A stretch of 64,000 nucleotides of DNA, taken from the NCBI GenBank assembly GCA_034505795.1, contig JAPDQM010000003.1:12557-76556 (forward strand), in the 5' to 3' direction. Source of the DNA: Candidatus Zhuqueibacterota bacterium (lineage in GTDB: Bacteria > Zhuqueibacterota > Zhuqueibacteria > Thermofontimicrobiales > Thermofontimicrobiaceae). Position numbers and translations under genes: made by a program. The notes beneath the pieces were generated by a model. The model was not told the DNA's origin. It did not search any database and was given only the letters and a program-made list of their open reading frames with translations. Positions within the stretch are counted from its first letter, which is position 1. Every line of letters begins with the position of its first letter. This document shows, in pieces, positions 30,374 to 40,058 of the stretch.

Positions 30374-30880
30374 CTAATTGAGATTGCTATAATAAACGAT
30401 CCACCAATAGATTTGAGCCAAAGCAGCAATTCGGGTCACAAATGCCAGAAAGTTATTTACATGATACCACGTTGAGCCGCTCACGATAATTGTATCGCCA
30501 GGTTCCAATTGGGGGATTAACGATTCCTGGCCGCTTTTAGTATATTTGTCGACATTAATATGGATGATTTTGTCCTTTTCATCGGCAGTCTTTTTGGCGC
30601 GAATCAGTTTGATATGGCTCAATTTGGCGCCCTCGCGCGGCCCACCGGCAAAGGAAATGAGCGAAATCAGATCAGTATCGCGCGGCACAAGATACTGGCC
30701 AGGCTTGGCCACAAAGCCCCAGATATTCACTTTGATCAAAAGTTGATCATCGGTACCCAAAAAGTACTGCGCCCCACGAGGATAATTTTGATCCTGCCCA
30801 AAGAGAGACGGCTGATTCAGCAGCAAAATAATCGGAAGAACCAGTAACCACGCGCCCATCACCCTCACAACTAACCTCAT
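30374..30880 (-). CDS. polysaccharide-export/SLBB-domain periplasmic protein (Wza N-terminal or GfcC-like)
   Basis: Signal peptide. Poly_export-like segment YPRGAQYFLGTDDQLLIKV..GQYLVP and SLBB-like GDTIIV. Confidence 0.55.
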   Translation of the reverse strand: MRLVVRVMGAWLLVLPIILLLNQPSLFGQDQNYPRGAQYFLGTDDQLLIKVNIWGFVAKPGQYLVPRDTDLISLISFAGGPREGAKLSHIKLIRAKKTADEKDKIIHINVDKYTKSGQESLIPQLEPGDTIIVSGSTWYHVNNFLAFVTRIAALAQIYWWIVYYSNLN

Positions 30881-31399
30881 AACACCTCCATCATACTGGA
30901 ATTATTGCATTGCAGATCGTGACTTGCGGAACGAAAATTCACCCGCAATTATACAGATAAAAATTCAAAAGGTCAAGTTAAAATATGGTATTTATTTCTT
31001 GCTGAGTCCATTCTTAAATCCAATTGGGAGACGATGTCATTACGAGCACATCCGCCAGTGGACGGATGTCCCTTCTGCCAGTTGAGATCGCTGGTCTACC
31101 AAAAGACGGATCGCAATGACTGGCTGTTATAAAATTTGATTAAATCTGATCTTTTTCGAGCCGTCTCTGTGATAATTACTCTAATTATTTACCTGGCAGG
31201 ATAACGCCCATTTTCTATAATCAGTTGACTACACCAATCGCATGAAAAATTGGTGGTGAGAGAATGCTCCATCGCCCCTAAGACTATAATTGAGCGAACA
31301 AAAATTATTCCCTGCTGCTGGAAATCACAAAATTTTAAACAAAAATCTTGCATCTGAAAGATAATTGTCCTATTTTTTAGCAAACGAAAATAGCAGGAG

Positions 31400-32140
31400 A
31401 TGGATATGTTTTCAATGCAATTGATCAAAAGGCTCAGCCAGGCGACCTCAGTCAGCGCGCTCACTGGAGCCGGCATTTCTGCAGAAAGCGGGGTGCCGAC
31501 GTTTCGCGGGGAGGAAGGACTGTGGAAAAAGTTTCGACCGGAAGAATTGGCCAATTTTGATTCATTTATCAGTAACCCCCGCCTGGTATGGGAGTGGTAT
31601 AATTATCGAAAACATCTCATCAGTCAGGTCAAACCCAATCCTGGGCACTATGCGTTGGTGGAAATGGAGGCTCGATTTCAGGATTTTCATTTAATCACGC
31701 AGAATGTGGATGGATTGCATCGTCTGGCTGGCAGCCAGAGAATCTATGAACTGCATGGGAACATTATGCGCAGCCGTTGCGTTGACTGTAATAAACTGAT
31801 ATTTGATATCTCATTCGAGCTCGGGGAAGAATTACCACGCTGCGAGTGTGGCGGGCTGATTCGACCGGATGTGGTCTGGTTTGGAGAAGCACTGCCGCAA
31901 GAGGAGTTGCGACTGGCGGTGGAAGCGGCGCAGCAGGCCGAGGTATTTCTCTGTGTTGGAACTTCGGCCATTGTGCAGCCAGCGGCGTCATTGCCGATCC
32001 AAGCGAAATATGCCGGCGCTTATGTCGTTGAAATTAATCTGGAGCCAACGGCGATTTCGACACTGGTTGATGAAAGCATCCTGGGAAAAGCGGGCGAAAT
32101 CTTGCCCCGCTTGCTGACCGCGCTGGCGGCAGCAAATTGA
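31400..32140 (+). CDS. cobB: NAD-dependent protein deacylase (Sir2 family)
   Basis: LTGAGISAESGVPTFRG, ITQNVDGLH, Zn-binding CxxC...CxC. Confidence 0.85.
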   Translation: MDMFSMQLIKRLSQATSVSALTGAGISAESGVPTFRGEEGLWKKFRPEELANFDSFISNPRLVWEWYNYRKHLISQVKPNPGHYALVEMEARFQDFHLITQNVDGLHRLAGSQRIYELHGNIMRSRCVDCNKLIFDISFELGEELPRCECGGLIRPDVVWFGEALPQEELRLAVEAAQQAEVFLCVGTSAIVQPAASLPIQAKYAGAYVVEINLEPTAISTLVDESILGKAGEILPRLLTALAAAN

Positions 32141-32225
32141 TTCATCCATGATAGCATGGATTCATTGGCGCCGCGACATTCCAATGATTGCTCGATAAAC
32201 AATCGCATAACTAATAGTCTCTAGA

Positions 32226-34427
32226 ATGAATCACCATACGTCGAAATTTGCATTCAAAAGACTGCACCCTTTGGGGGCGCCTGCCTTTATTTTTGGTATA
32301 ATCCTTATGTTCCTTGCCGGGAGCTTCGGGTGTGCATACTATAATACGTTTTTCAATGCCAAAAAATTTTATAATGATGCAGAGAAGGAGCGACTCAAAC
32401 GTGAAAATGATGTTCGCAAAAGAGGCCAGGCAGCAAAGCAGGGCGGCAGTCAGGTGACCCCTTCAGAGATCAAAAATTATGATAAATCGATTGAAAAAGC
32501 ATCAAAAGTTCTGGAACTGTTTCCGAAAAGCAAGTACGTTGACGATGCGCTATTTTTGTTAGGACAATGTTTTTTTAGAAAGGAAGACTATAACAAGGCC
32601 AAGCGAAAATTTTTAGAGCTGATCGAAAATTTTGGCAATAGCGAGTTTGCTCCAGCCGCCAGATTGTGGCTGGGGAAGACGAATATCGAACTTCAGGATT
32701 ATGAGACGGCTGAGAAGAATTTTCATGATATTTTAAATAGCAATGTACCCGATGAGGTGCGTGACGAAGCCCAATTGCTGCTGGGGGGGCTGTTCAAGCA
32801 TAAGGGCGATTATATTACTGCAGTTAGTGAATATGCAACGGCTGCTAAACGCGCCAGGAAAAAAGAGATTCGGGCCAATGCATTTTATGAAATGGGCGAA
32901 TGCTATTACAAGTTAAAGAATTTTGCCAAAGCTGTAGAGAGTTTTAAGCAAGCGCGCAAATTTAGTCCGGATGAAAAGTTCGAGTTCAACGTGATGCTAC
33001 GAGCTGGCCTGGCCTTGAAAGAAATGGAAAAGTATGATGAAGCCATAAAGCTATTTTCTAATTTCCTGGGGGATGCGGTTAATGAAGCCAATTGGCCGTT
33101 GTGTCGGCTCGAGATCGGCCACTGCTATCGCTTAAAGGGTGACTTTGATAGCGCCATTGGTTGGTATCTGGATGTTACGACGCAGCACGCGCGCACCGAG
33201 GAAGCGGCAAGTGCCTATTACTATTTGGGTAAAATCTATCAAGAGCAAAAAGCAGAATATCAGTTTGCTAAGGATTACTTCGACAAGGCCGTAGCCGAAA
33301 ACTCCAGAGCTGAAACTTATGCCAGTGCCAATGCCATGAGCAAGAGCATCCAACGGTTGTTGGCGCTGAAGGCCGATATTATTGCGCAGCGCCAGAAGAT
33401 AGCGCGAGGGGATTCCATAGCCGCGACAATGGATAGCGTAGATGTAGGGCGACTTGAAAATCCCGGCCGTTACCAGACTGCTGGCGATTCCATTCGTGCT
33501 GATACCAGTCTGGTGCTCGCTGATACCCTAGCTAATGAGCGCCGCGAGGAGTTGGCTCTGGCCAGACAGCGAGAGTCAAACAAATCGGAACCCCTGTCGA
33601 TGCCCAATCAGCCGAGGAATCAGAATCAGAAAATGGTGCTGAAAACCGGTGAGTTGGGCACTCCCCGGGAGGAATTGATCAAAGACAAACTGTTATTGGG
33701 TGAGATTTATCTGTTTGAGTTCAATCAGCCCGATTCAGCGTTGAAGGAATTTATCGATGTGTTAGAAATGGATACCTCGAGAGCGGTTATACCCAAAACA
33801 CTGTTTACGATTGGGTTTATTTGTGAAACTTATAAAAAGGACACTTCGCTCGCCGATTCGGTTTATCAACGCCTGATTACTTTATACCCCGATGATCCAT
33901 TGGCACGGCACGCCCGCAAAAAGATTAAAACATTAAAAGTGACCGATTTTGAGGCACCGCTGGCGGAGAAATTTCGGACCGCGGAGCAGGCCTATCTCGA
34001 ATCTAAAAATTTCGACTATGCGATCAATACTTTCGAGTCCATTTTTCAAAATTATCCGCAATCGGAATGGGCGCCCAAAGCACTACTGGCCGCGGGCTGG
34101 GTATATGAACATAGCATGCGACAGCCAGATAAAGCATTTCAGACCTACGAAAGCCTGTTAGAGAAATATCCCGCATCCATCTATGCCAAACGCGTAAAGC
34201 CCAAAGTCGAAAAAGTTCGCCAGGCTCGAGCGGCTGCCGCGAAAGGAGCTGCAGCCGATTCGTTAGCCCTGGCCGCTATCGATGACGAGAGAGAAAAGAT
34301 TATTGCACCCAGCGACACCAGCCAGATGGCGGAAATGACATCGATGGAGCAGGAAAAGTATCGCCTCTTTTTGCGTCAGGAAATGCAGAAAAATGATCCC
34401 CGAAGGAAAACGCCCAAGCGGTGGTAA
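32226..34427 (+). CDS. tetratricopeptide-repeat protein with an N-terminal signal/TM segment
   Basis: Multiple TPR-like W-LG-Y-A-F-A-P repeats along the sequence. Confidence 0.7.
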   Translation: MNHHTSKFAFKRLHPLGAPAFIFGIILMFLAGSFGCAYYNTFFNAKKFYNDAEKERLKRENDVRKRGQAAKQGGSQVTPSEIKNYDKSIEKASKVLELFPKSKYVDDALFLLGQCFFRKEDYNKAKRKFLELIENFGNSEFAPAARLWLGKTNIELQDYETAEKNFHDILNSNVPDEVRDEAQLLLGGLFKHKGDYITAVSEYATAAKRARKKEIRANAFYEMGECYYKLKNFAKAVESFKQARKFSPDEKFEFNVMLRAGLALKEMEKYDEAIKLFSNFLGDAVNEANWPLCRLEIGHCYRLKGDFDSAIGWYLDVTTQHARTEEAASAYYYLGKIYQEQKAEYQFAKDYFDKAVAENSRAETYASANAMSKSIQRLLALKADIIAQRQKIARGDSIAATMDSVDVGRLENPGRYQTAGDSIRADTSLVLADTLANERREELALARQRESNKSEPLSMPNQPRNQNQKMVLKTGELGTPREELIKDKLLLGEIYLFEFNQPDSALKEFIDVLEMDTSRAVIPKTLFTIGFICETYKKDTSLADSVYQRLITLYPDDPLARHARKKIKTLKVTDFEAPLAEKFRTAEQAYLESKNFDYAINTFESIFQNYPQSEWAPKALLAAGWVYEHSMRQPDKAFQTYESLLEKYPASIYAKRVKPKVEKVRQARAAAAKGAAADSLALAAIDDEREKIIAPSDTSQMAEMTSMEQEKYRLFLRQEMQKNDPRRKTPKRW

Positions 34428-35260
34428 TTGTTATGACCCACAAACAAGCTGAAACGCCCCCTCTATCTCCTCGGCTCATCAAATCGCCCATCATCCAGAA
34501 CGAGCGAGTCGCCCGCGACATCGTTCGACTGCGAATCGCCGCAGTAGAATTGGCGAGGTTCGCCGTTGCGGGTCAATTTGTAAATATCAAAGCGGGGTCT
34601 GGGTATTTTCCACTATTAAGACGGCCGTTTAGTATTCATCGGGTTGATCGAAAATCCGGCTGGGTTGAAATACTATTTAAAATCCTGGGGCCAGGCACAG
34701 AATGGCTCAGTCGCTGCACCATCGAGGATGAGTTAGATTTGCTGGGTCCGCTGGGGAACGGTTTTCAGCTTACCGGAGGATTTAGTCAGGCCGTGTTGAT
34801 AGCTGGCGGATTGGGAATTGCGCCGCTGCTTTTTTTAGCCCAGGAACTTCGGCAGCGACAGATTGCTGTGACTTTACTTTATGGCAACAAATCTTACGAT
34901 ACCTGTTGTTGCCAAAGCGATTTCGAAGAATTGGGAGTTCAGAGTTGGGTAGCGACAGAAGATGGTTCGGCTGGCTTTGCCGGCAAAGTGACGGAACTGG
35001 CAATGGCTCGTAGTGACCTGTGGCAGCAGCCGCAGACGATGATCTATGCCTGTGGGCCCAATGCCATGTTGCGACAGGTCACAAGCATGGCCGCAGCAGC
35101 TAAAATTCCCTGCCAGATCTCCTTGGAGACAATGATGGCATGTGGTTTTGGGGTGTGCCTGGGGTGCGTGGTCAAATCGACTGCAACCAATGTGCCATTT
35201 AAATATGTATGCAAAGATGGTCCAATATTTTGGTCAAACGAGATAGATTTCAGTGAATAA
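34421..35260 (+). CDS. pyrK: dihydroorotate dehydrogenase electron-transfer subunit
   Basis: FAD/NAD-binding layout. C-terminal 2Fe-2S motif CGFGVCLGCVV. Overlaps pyrD by 8 nt. Confidence 0.85.
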   Translation: MVIVMTHKQAETPPLSPRLIKSPIIQNERVARDIVRLRIAAVELARFAVAGQFVNIKAGSGYFPLLRRPFSIHRVDRKSGWVEILFKILGPGTEWLSRCTIEDELDLLGPLGNGFQLTGGFSQAVLIAGGLGIAPLLFLAQELRQRQIAVTLLYGNKSYDTCCCQSDFEELGVQSWVATEDGSAGFAGKVTELAMARSDLWQQPQTMIYACGPNAMLRQVTSMAAAAKIPCQISLETMMACGFGVCLGCVVKSTATNVPFKYVCKDGPIFWSNEIDFSE

Positions 35261-36167
35261 CCTATCGGTCAAGCTCGGTCCGTTGACACTGAAGAATCCG
35301 ATCCTCACTGCATCGGGTACCTTCGGCTATGGGGCAGAATTTTCGCCATTTCTAAATTTAAATCGCCTCGGCGGTCTGGTCACCAAGGCGGTTACTGAAT
35401 CGCCGCGCGCGGGGAATCCACCCCCGCGAATCGTAGAAACCGCCGGGGGAATGCTCAACTCAATTGGCCTGGCCAATGTTGGCGTTGAGGCATTTATCCG
35501 GGAAAAGTTGCCATTTTTGAGAACGCTCGAGACTGCGGTAATCGTAAATATTGCCGGCAAAACCATTGATGAGTTTGGTCGGGTGATTGCGGCGATCGAG
35601 GCTGCCGGCGGCGTGGATGGCTATGAATTGAATGTCTCCTGTCCCAATGTGAAAGAAGGGGGCATGGCTTTTGGCGCCAGTCCCCAAATCACCGCCGAGG
35701 TTACGGGCACGGCACGCCGGATTACCCCTCGCTGTCTGATTGTTAAGCTGAGTCCCAATGTCACCTCGATCAGCGAGATTGCACGAGCGGCGGAGACCGA
35801 AGGTGCGGATGCACTGGCCGTTATCAATACCCTGGTTGGCATGGCGGTCGACATTCATAGTCGCCGGCCGAAATTGGCAACGATTACTGGCGGGCTTTCA
35901 GGGCCTGCGATCAAGCCGATTGCCATTGCCAAGGTATTTGAGGTCAGTCGAGCAGTATCCATCCCGGTGATCGGGATTGGCGGTATCATGAACGTTGATG
36001 ATGTGCTGGAATTTCTAATTACCGGAGCAACGGCGATCGAGCTTGGTACCGCTAATTTTATCGATCCGCAGGTTGCAGAGCAAATAGTTGCGGGCCTGGA
36101 AGCCTACACTCAAGGTCATGGGATTCAGGATATCCATGAGATTATTGGCAGTATCAGATTGGGGTGA
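35253..36167 (+). CDS. pyrD: dihydroorotate dehydrogenase catalytic subunit (class 1B)
   Basis: LKNPILTASGTFGYG and a TIM-barrel FMN-binding motif set. Confidence 0.9.
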   Translation: MNNLSVKLGPLTLKNPILTASGTFGYGAEFSPFLNLNRLGGLVTKAVTESPRAGNPPPRIVETAGGMLNSIGLANVGVEAFIREKLPFLRTLETAVIVNIAGKTIDEFGRVIAAIEAAGGVDGYELNVSCPNVKEGGMAFGASPQITAEVTGTARRITPRCLIVKLSPNVTSISEIARAAETEGADALAVINTLVGMAVDIHSRRPKLATITGGLSGPAIKPIAIAKVFEVSRAVSIPVIGIGGIMNVDDVLEFLITGATAIELGTANFIDPQVAEQIVAGLEAYTQGHGIQDIHEIIGSIRLG

Positions 36168-36261
36168 ACCTACCATCCGCGGAAATCGATACATTCCATT
36201 ACGGCAGCATATTTAAATCTTTTTCTTGAGGTCTCTATGCTGCAAAGTCAATGATCTTGTT

Positions 36262-36347
36262 TATGAATGAGTGCACTCTAATAACCGCTAATTCCACTAT
36301 CCGTCAGTTGGCGCACGGTTAAAGGCCTTTTAAAGTGGACTCATGAA
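36262..36347. repeat. intergenic repeat element copy 1 (about 86 bp) with imperfect 19-bp terminal inverted repeats ATGAATGAGTGCACTCTAA / TTAAAGTGGACTCATGAAT
   Basis: Read directly. Shares termini and internal blocks (CCGCTAATTC, TCCGTCAGTTGGCGCACGGTTAAAGGCCTT) with copy 2 at 46325. Confidence 0.65.
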
Positions 36348-36375
36348 TCAAATTAACAAGTAGAGGGAGGTTGCG

Positions 36376-36972
36376 ATGCAGAAAATTGCAGGCCTGCTCA
36401 TTTTGATAATGGCGATGAACTGTGCTTTGTTTAATCGAAAGCCAAAAGAGAACCGTGAGATCGACGGGGTCATCTATCTGGCTGAGGAAGAGCCCGGCGT
36501 GAAAGAAAAAAAGGCTCGTGCCGCGAAAAGCACCAGTGAGACCGATAACAAGAGCAAGAAAATCGAAATACCGCCTGAAGAGTTGCGCGATTTTAAAAAA
36601 GCCGAAGGCATTACTTTCTTGAGCGAGGAAGACCAGGCAAAAGAGGCGCCGAATCAGTCATTTAAGCCCAGCCAGGGCATTGAAACGGGCCGGGCGTCCT
36701 ACTATGCGCTTGAATTAAAAGGCAGCCGGACCGCCAGCGGCGAAATTTACGATCCCACCAAATTGACTGCGGCTCATCCAACCCTCCCGTTTGGTACCAT
36801 GGTTCGTGTCACTAACCTTTACAACCAGGAGAGCGTTATCGTTCGTATTAATGATCGGGGGCCACGGGTCCGTTCGCGAATTATTGATCTATCTTACGCC
36901 GCAGCCGAAAAATTGGGCTTCATTAAACAGGGGATCACCCAGGTCTCAGTTGAAGTGGTGAAAGATCGCTAA
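36376..36972 (+). CDS. septal-ring lytic transglycosylase RlpA-family protein (DPBB domain)
   Basis: GRASYYALELKGSRTASGE..DPTKLTAAHPTLPFGTMVRVTNL...VRINDRGP. Confidence 0.75.
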   Translation: MQKIAGLLILIMAMNCALFNRKPKENREIDGVIYLAEEEPGVKEKKARAAKSTSETDNKSKKIEIPPEELRDFKKAEGITFLSEEDQAKEAPNQSFKPSQGIETGRASYYALELKGSRTASGEIYDPTKLTAAHPTLPFGTMVRVTNLYNQESVIVRINDRGPRVRSRIIDLSYAAAEKLGFIKQGITQVSVEVVKDR

Positions 36973-37031
36973 TACAACTGTCGAACAGTAGCTACATTAA
37001 ACCAACCTAATCTCACAGGAGGACATGTTTC

Positions 37032-37859
37032 TTGGATCTTAGGAAATTGGGTCAACGGGTTCTGGTGGCGATGTTTGGTGCGCCACTCATTATCTTCGTG
37101 ATTCTCAAAGGAGGGTGGCCTCTCGTGGCCCTGGCGCTGATTATTAATTTGCGTTCGCAATACGAGTTTTATCGCTTGACCGAGGCCAAAGGCATGCTAC
37201 CGTTCAAAATCTTGGGGCTAATCGGAACGGTTTTGATCACGATTTCCTTTTATCTTTATGGCCTAGAAAAGCTGTGGTTAATTGTCACCATGCTTTTTTA
37301 TGTCACATTATTGCTGGAACTGTTCCGCAACAATGGGTCGGCGACATTGAATGTTTCAGCAACTACCTGGGGCTTTTTCTATCCGACATGTTTTTTTGGT
37401 TTCCATATTCTGATCCGTGAACTACCGCGGTCGCTGCAACTGGACTATGCTGTCGGTGGGAGTTGGCTGCTGTTGATGTTGCTGACGATCTGGATTTGTG
37501 ATACAGCCGCCTATTTCGTAGGTTCAATGTTAGGAAAGCATAAACTATACCAGCGGGTCAGTCCCCACAAAACCGTTGAAGGGGCAATTGCTGGTTTCAT
37601 TTTTGCCATCCTCACAGCTTATGTATTGCATGTGACCTATGTGAAATCAATCGACCTGCATCATTGTTTAATCATTGGTGTTATGATCGGAGTGATGAGC
37701 CAGATCGGTGATCTGGTGGAATCGGTATTTAAACGCGATGTTGGGGTTAAGGATACTGCGGCTATTCTTCCGGGCCACGGCGGTTTTCTGGACCGCTTTG
37801 ATGCCCCTTTGTTTGTAGCCCCATTAATGTACCTCTACCTGCGGTACATTGTGTTTTAA
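37032..37859 (+). CDS. cdsA: phosphatidate cytidylyltransferase
   Basis: Multi-TM protein with ICDTAAYFVGSMLGKHKL, SPHKTVEGAIAGF, LDRFDA. Confidence 0.85.
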   Translation: MDLRKLGQRVLVAMFGAPLIIFVILKGGWPLVALALIINLRSQYEFYRLTEAKGMLPFKILGLIGTVLITISFYLYGLEKLWLIVTMLFYVTLLLELFRNNGSATLNVSATTWGFFYPTCFFGFHILIRELPRSLQLDYAVGGSWLLLMLLTIWICDTAAYFVGSMLGKHKLYQRVSPHKTVEGAIAGFIFAILTAYVLHVTYVKSIDLHHCLIIGVMIGVMSQIGDLVESVFKRDVGVKDTAAILPGHGGFLDRFDAPLFVAPLMYLYLRYIVF

Positions 37860-37933
37860 ACAGGCACTGAGCGAAATTAGGGATACGACCCGTCATTGCT
37901 GCCGAACCGATCCAATGATCTTATTTTTTAACT

Positions 37934-37962
37934 TGACATTTACAAGATTTCTCATTAAATTG
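37934..37962 (+). promoter_or_regulatory. sigma70-like promoter candidate (TTGACA-17nt-TAAATT) upstream of the 38055 gene
   Basis: Consensus -35 hexamer with a plausible -10 at the correct spacing. Confidence 0.3.
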
Positions 37963-38054
37963 TGCCGCATTTAAAGCATAGTCTAATGGTATGCACTTTG
38001 TCGGTTTTTTGACTTACTTACAACTGCCCCAATACCTTTCGAGAGGAGGAAGTT

Positions 38055-38426
38055 ATGGGATTTGTTGATGATCTAACCAATGCTTTCAAAAAAGGCATCG
38101 GCGTTCTCGCTCGCAAAACAGATGAATATACCAAGATCGGCAAAATTAAGGTCGATATCATTGGCATCAAGCGAGAGATCGACAAGAAGTTCAACGAGCT
38201 TGGGGGAAAAACTTATCAATTATTGGTCGAACTGAAAGACACCAAAATTGCTGCTAATCAGGAAGTTCAACAACTCATTACAGGCATCCAGAATTTAAAT
38301 GATCAGCTCAAACAGAAAAAGGAAGAATTGGATCGCGTTCGGGCTGAATATGGCAAACCTCCTGAAGATATCGATGAGTTAGTCAAAAAAGATGCAGAAG
38401 TAGAGGAAGGCAAAGCCAAAGGCTAA
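38055..38426 (+). CDS. hypothetical coiled-coil protein
   Basis: GGAGG RBS. Charged helical sequence. No motif recognised. Confidence 0.4.
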   Translation: MGFVDDLTNAFKKGIGVLARKTDEYTKIGKIKVDIIGIKREIDKKFNELGGKTYQLLVELKDTKIAANQEVQQLITGIQNLNDQLKQKKEELDRVRAEYGKPPEDIDELVKKDAEVEEGKAKG

Positions 38427-38555
38427 TATTTTTATTATCTCACGACCACTCTCTTGAATTGTAAAGTTCTCCAGCTTAGATAGTTCTGCAAACTATTTGA
38501 ATTGCGCCCCACGGTTTCATCGAGTGGGGCTTTTAATTACTCGAACAACTGTGAT

Positions 38556-39728
38556 ATGAAGAGAATTATTCTGGTTCTAATAATTGTTTTGGTTGGTGTG
38601 AGTTGCCACAATGTCAAACCGGTCGTTCAGGTGGAACCGCCCTTTGTTTTTAGGCCACAGGCGAGAGAGCTGCCACGACGGCTGCCACTTTTATTCGAGA
38701 AGCTGCCGCCTCCATTCCTGTCGATTGCAGCGGTTGGCGACATTATGCTGGGTGAAGTGACGCCGCAATATATGCAACAATATGGCGTCAGCTACCCATT
38801 CGATAGCACCCGCCAAATACTGGCCGAAGCCGATCTCACCATGGGCAACCTGGAAGCAGCTTTTTCCAACACCGGCACCCGTTTTGAAAAAAAATTTACT
38901 TTCAAAGTCCCGCCCCAATATGCCAAAAGCTTGCTCCACGCCGGCATCGATGTCGTCACTCTGGCCAATAATCACATTCTCGATTTCGGGATGGAGGCAT
39001 TAAAAAATACCATCACGACGCTGGATTCACTGGGCATTGACCATTGTGGTGCGGGAGTGACATTTGAGGAGGCCATTAAGCCAGCTTTATTGGAACGGAA
39101 TGGATATCGAGTGGCTGTGCTTGGCTATTCGCTCACTTTTCCCGAAGAGTTCTGGGCGAACCGACAGCACGGAGGCACGGTTTTCCCTCATGAATCTCTG
39201 CTGAAAAAAAGCATTCAACTATGTGAGACGCTGGCCGATATTACTATCGTGACCTTCCATTGGGGGGCCGAATTAGCCAATTATCCTAAAGACTATCAAA
39301 AACAGATCGCTTACCAGTCCATTGACTACGGTGCAGATCTGGTGATTGGGCATCATCCCCATGTGCTGCAGGGCCTGGAGATCTACAAAAACCGATTAAT
39401 CGCTTACAGTTTGGGCAATTTCACCTTTTCATCCTATAGCCGCAAAACCACCGAGAGCATTATTCTAAAGGTATTTCTGACTCGGAATGGCCTGCTCTAT
39501 GCGAAAGCCATTCCCGTTTGTGTGAACAACGATCGGGTTCATTTTCAACCCAGGCGATTGGTGGGAGCCGAAGCCGATACCGTCCTGGCCCAATTAAGAA
39601 GATTCTCGGCCCCACTTAAAAACGCGGCAAGTATCGATGAGCGTGGCTATATCTCCAGCCAGGGAGCGCTTGTTGCGAAGCATACAATGCCCATAGATAC
39701 CGCCCGGGTTAAAAACTCCGGTCATTAG
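38556..39728 (+). CDS. CapA-family metallophosphoesterase (poly-gamma-glutamate synthesis-type)
   Basis: Signal peptide, AVGDIMLG, GNLE, VVTLANNHILDFG, GHHPH. Confidence 0.75.
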   Translation: MKRIILVLIIVLVGVSCHNVKPVVQVEPPFVFRPQARELPRRLPLLFEKLPPPFLSIAAVGDIMLGEVTPQYMQQYGVSYPFDSTRQILAEADLTMGNLEAAFSNTGTRFEKKFTFKVPPQYAKSLLHAGIDVVTLANNHILDFGMEALKNTITTLDSLGIDHCGAGVTFEEAIKPALLERNGYRVAVLGYSLTFPEEFWANRQHGGTVFPHESLLKKSIQLCETLADITIVTFHWGAELANYPKDYQKQIAYQSIDYGADLVIGHHPHVLQGLEIYKNRLIAYSLGNFTFSSYSRKTTESIILKVFLTRNGLLYAKAIPVCVNNDRVHFQPRRLVGAEADTVLAQLRRFSAPLKNAASIDERGYISSQGALVAKHTMPIDTARVKNSGH

Positions 39729-40058
39729 TACTTTATTGGCAGTGGATTCAACAAGAGGCAGATGTTGGGAGCTGTTTATCCATCCGATGGTTGCAAAACA
39801 GTAGCCCAATCAATCGTTGTGTCCCAGCCAGGTTCTTTCTCAAGGCGCTTGGCTAAAAAATACAGCACTGAAATTAGCAATGCTGCTGACAGACCCTTGC
39901 TTTTATAGTTATGGATAGCAGCAACATTTGAATTCTCCTGCTATCCACTGCAAAACTGATCAAAATCTCGGGACAATGGTTCGTTCTTGGTCCCCCCTTT
40001 TGAGCAGAAGTCCAATCATCTGGTTTGAGCTGAAGCCAATCACCCGAAAGCCATTTCC

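Noticed and set aside
31189-31554. 121-aa minus-strand ORF overlapping the cobB start
   Set aside because: It overlaps the confident Sir2 CDS and has no features of a real gene.
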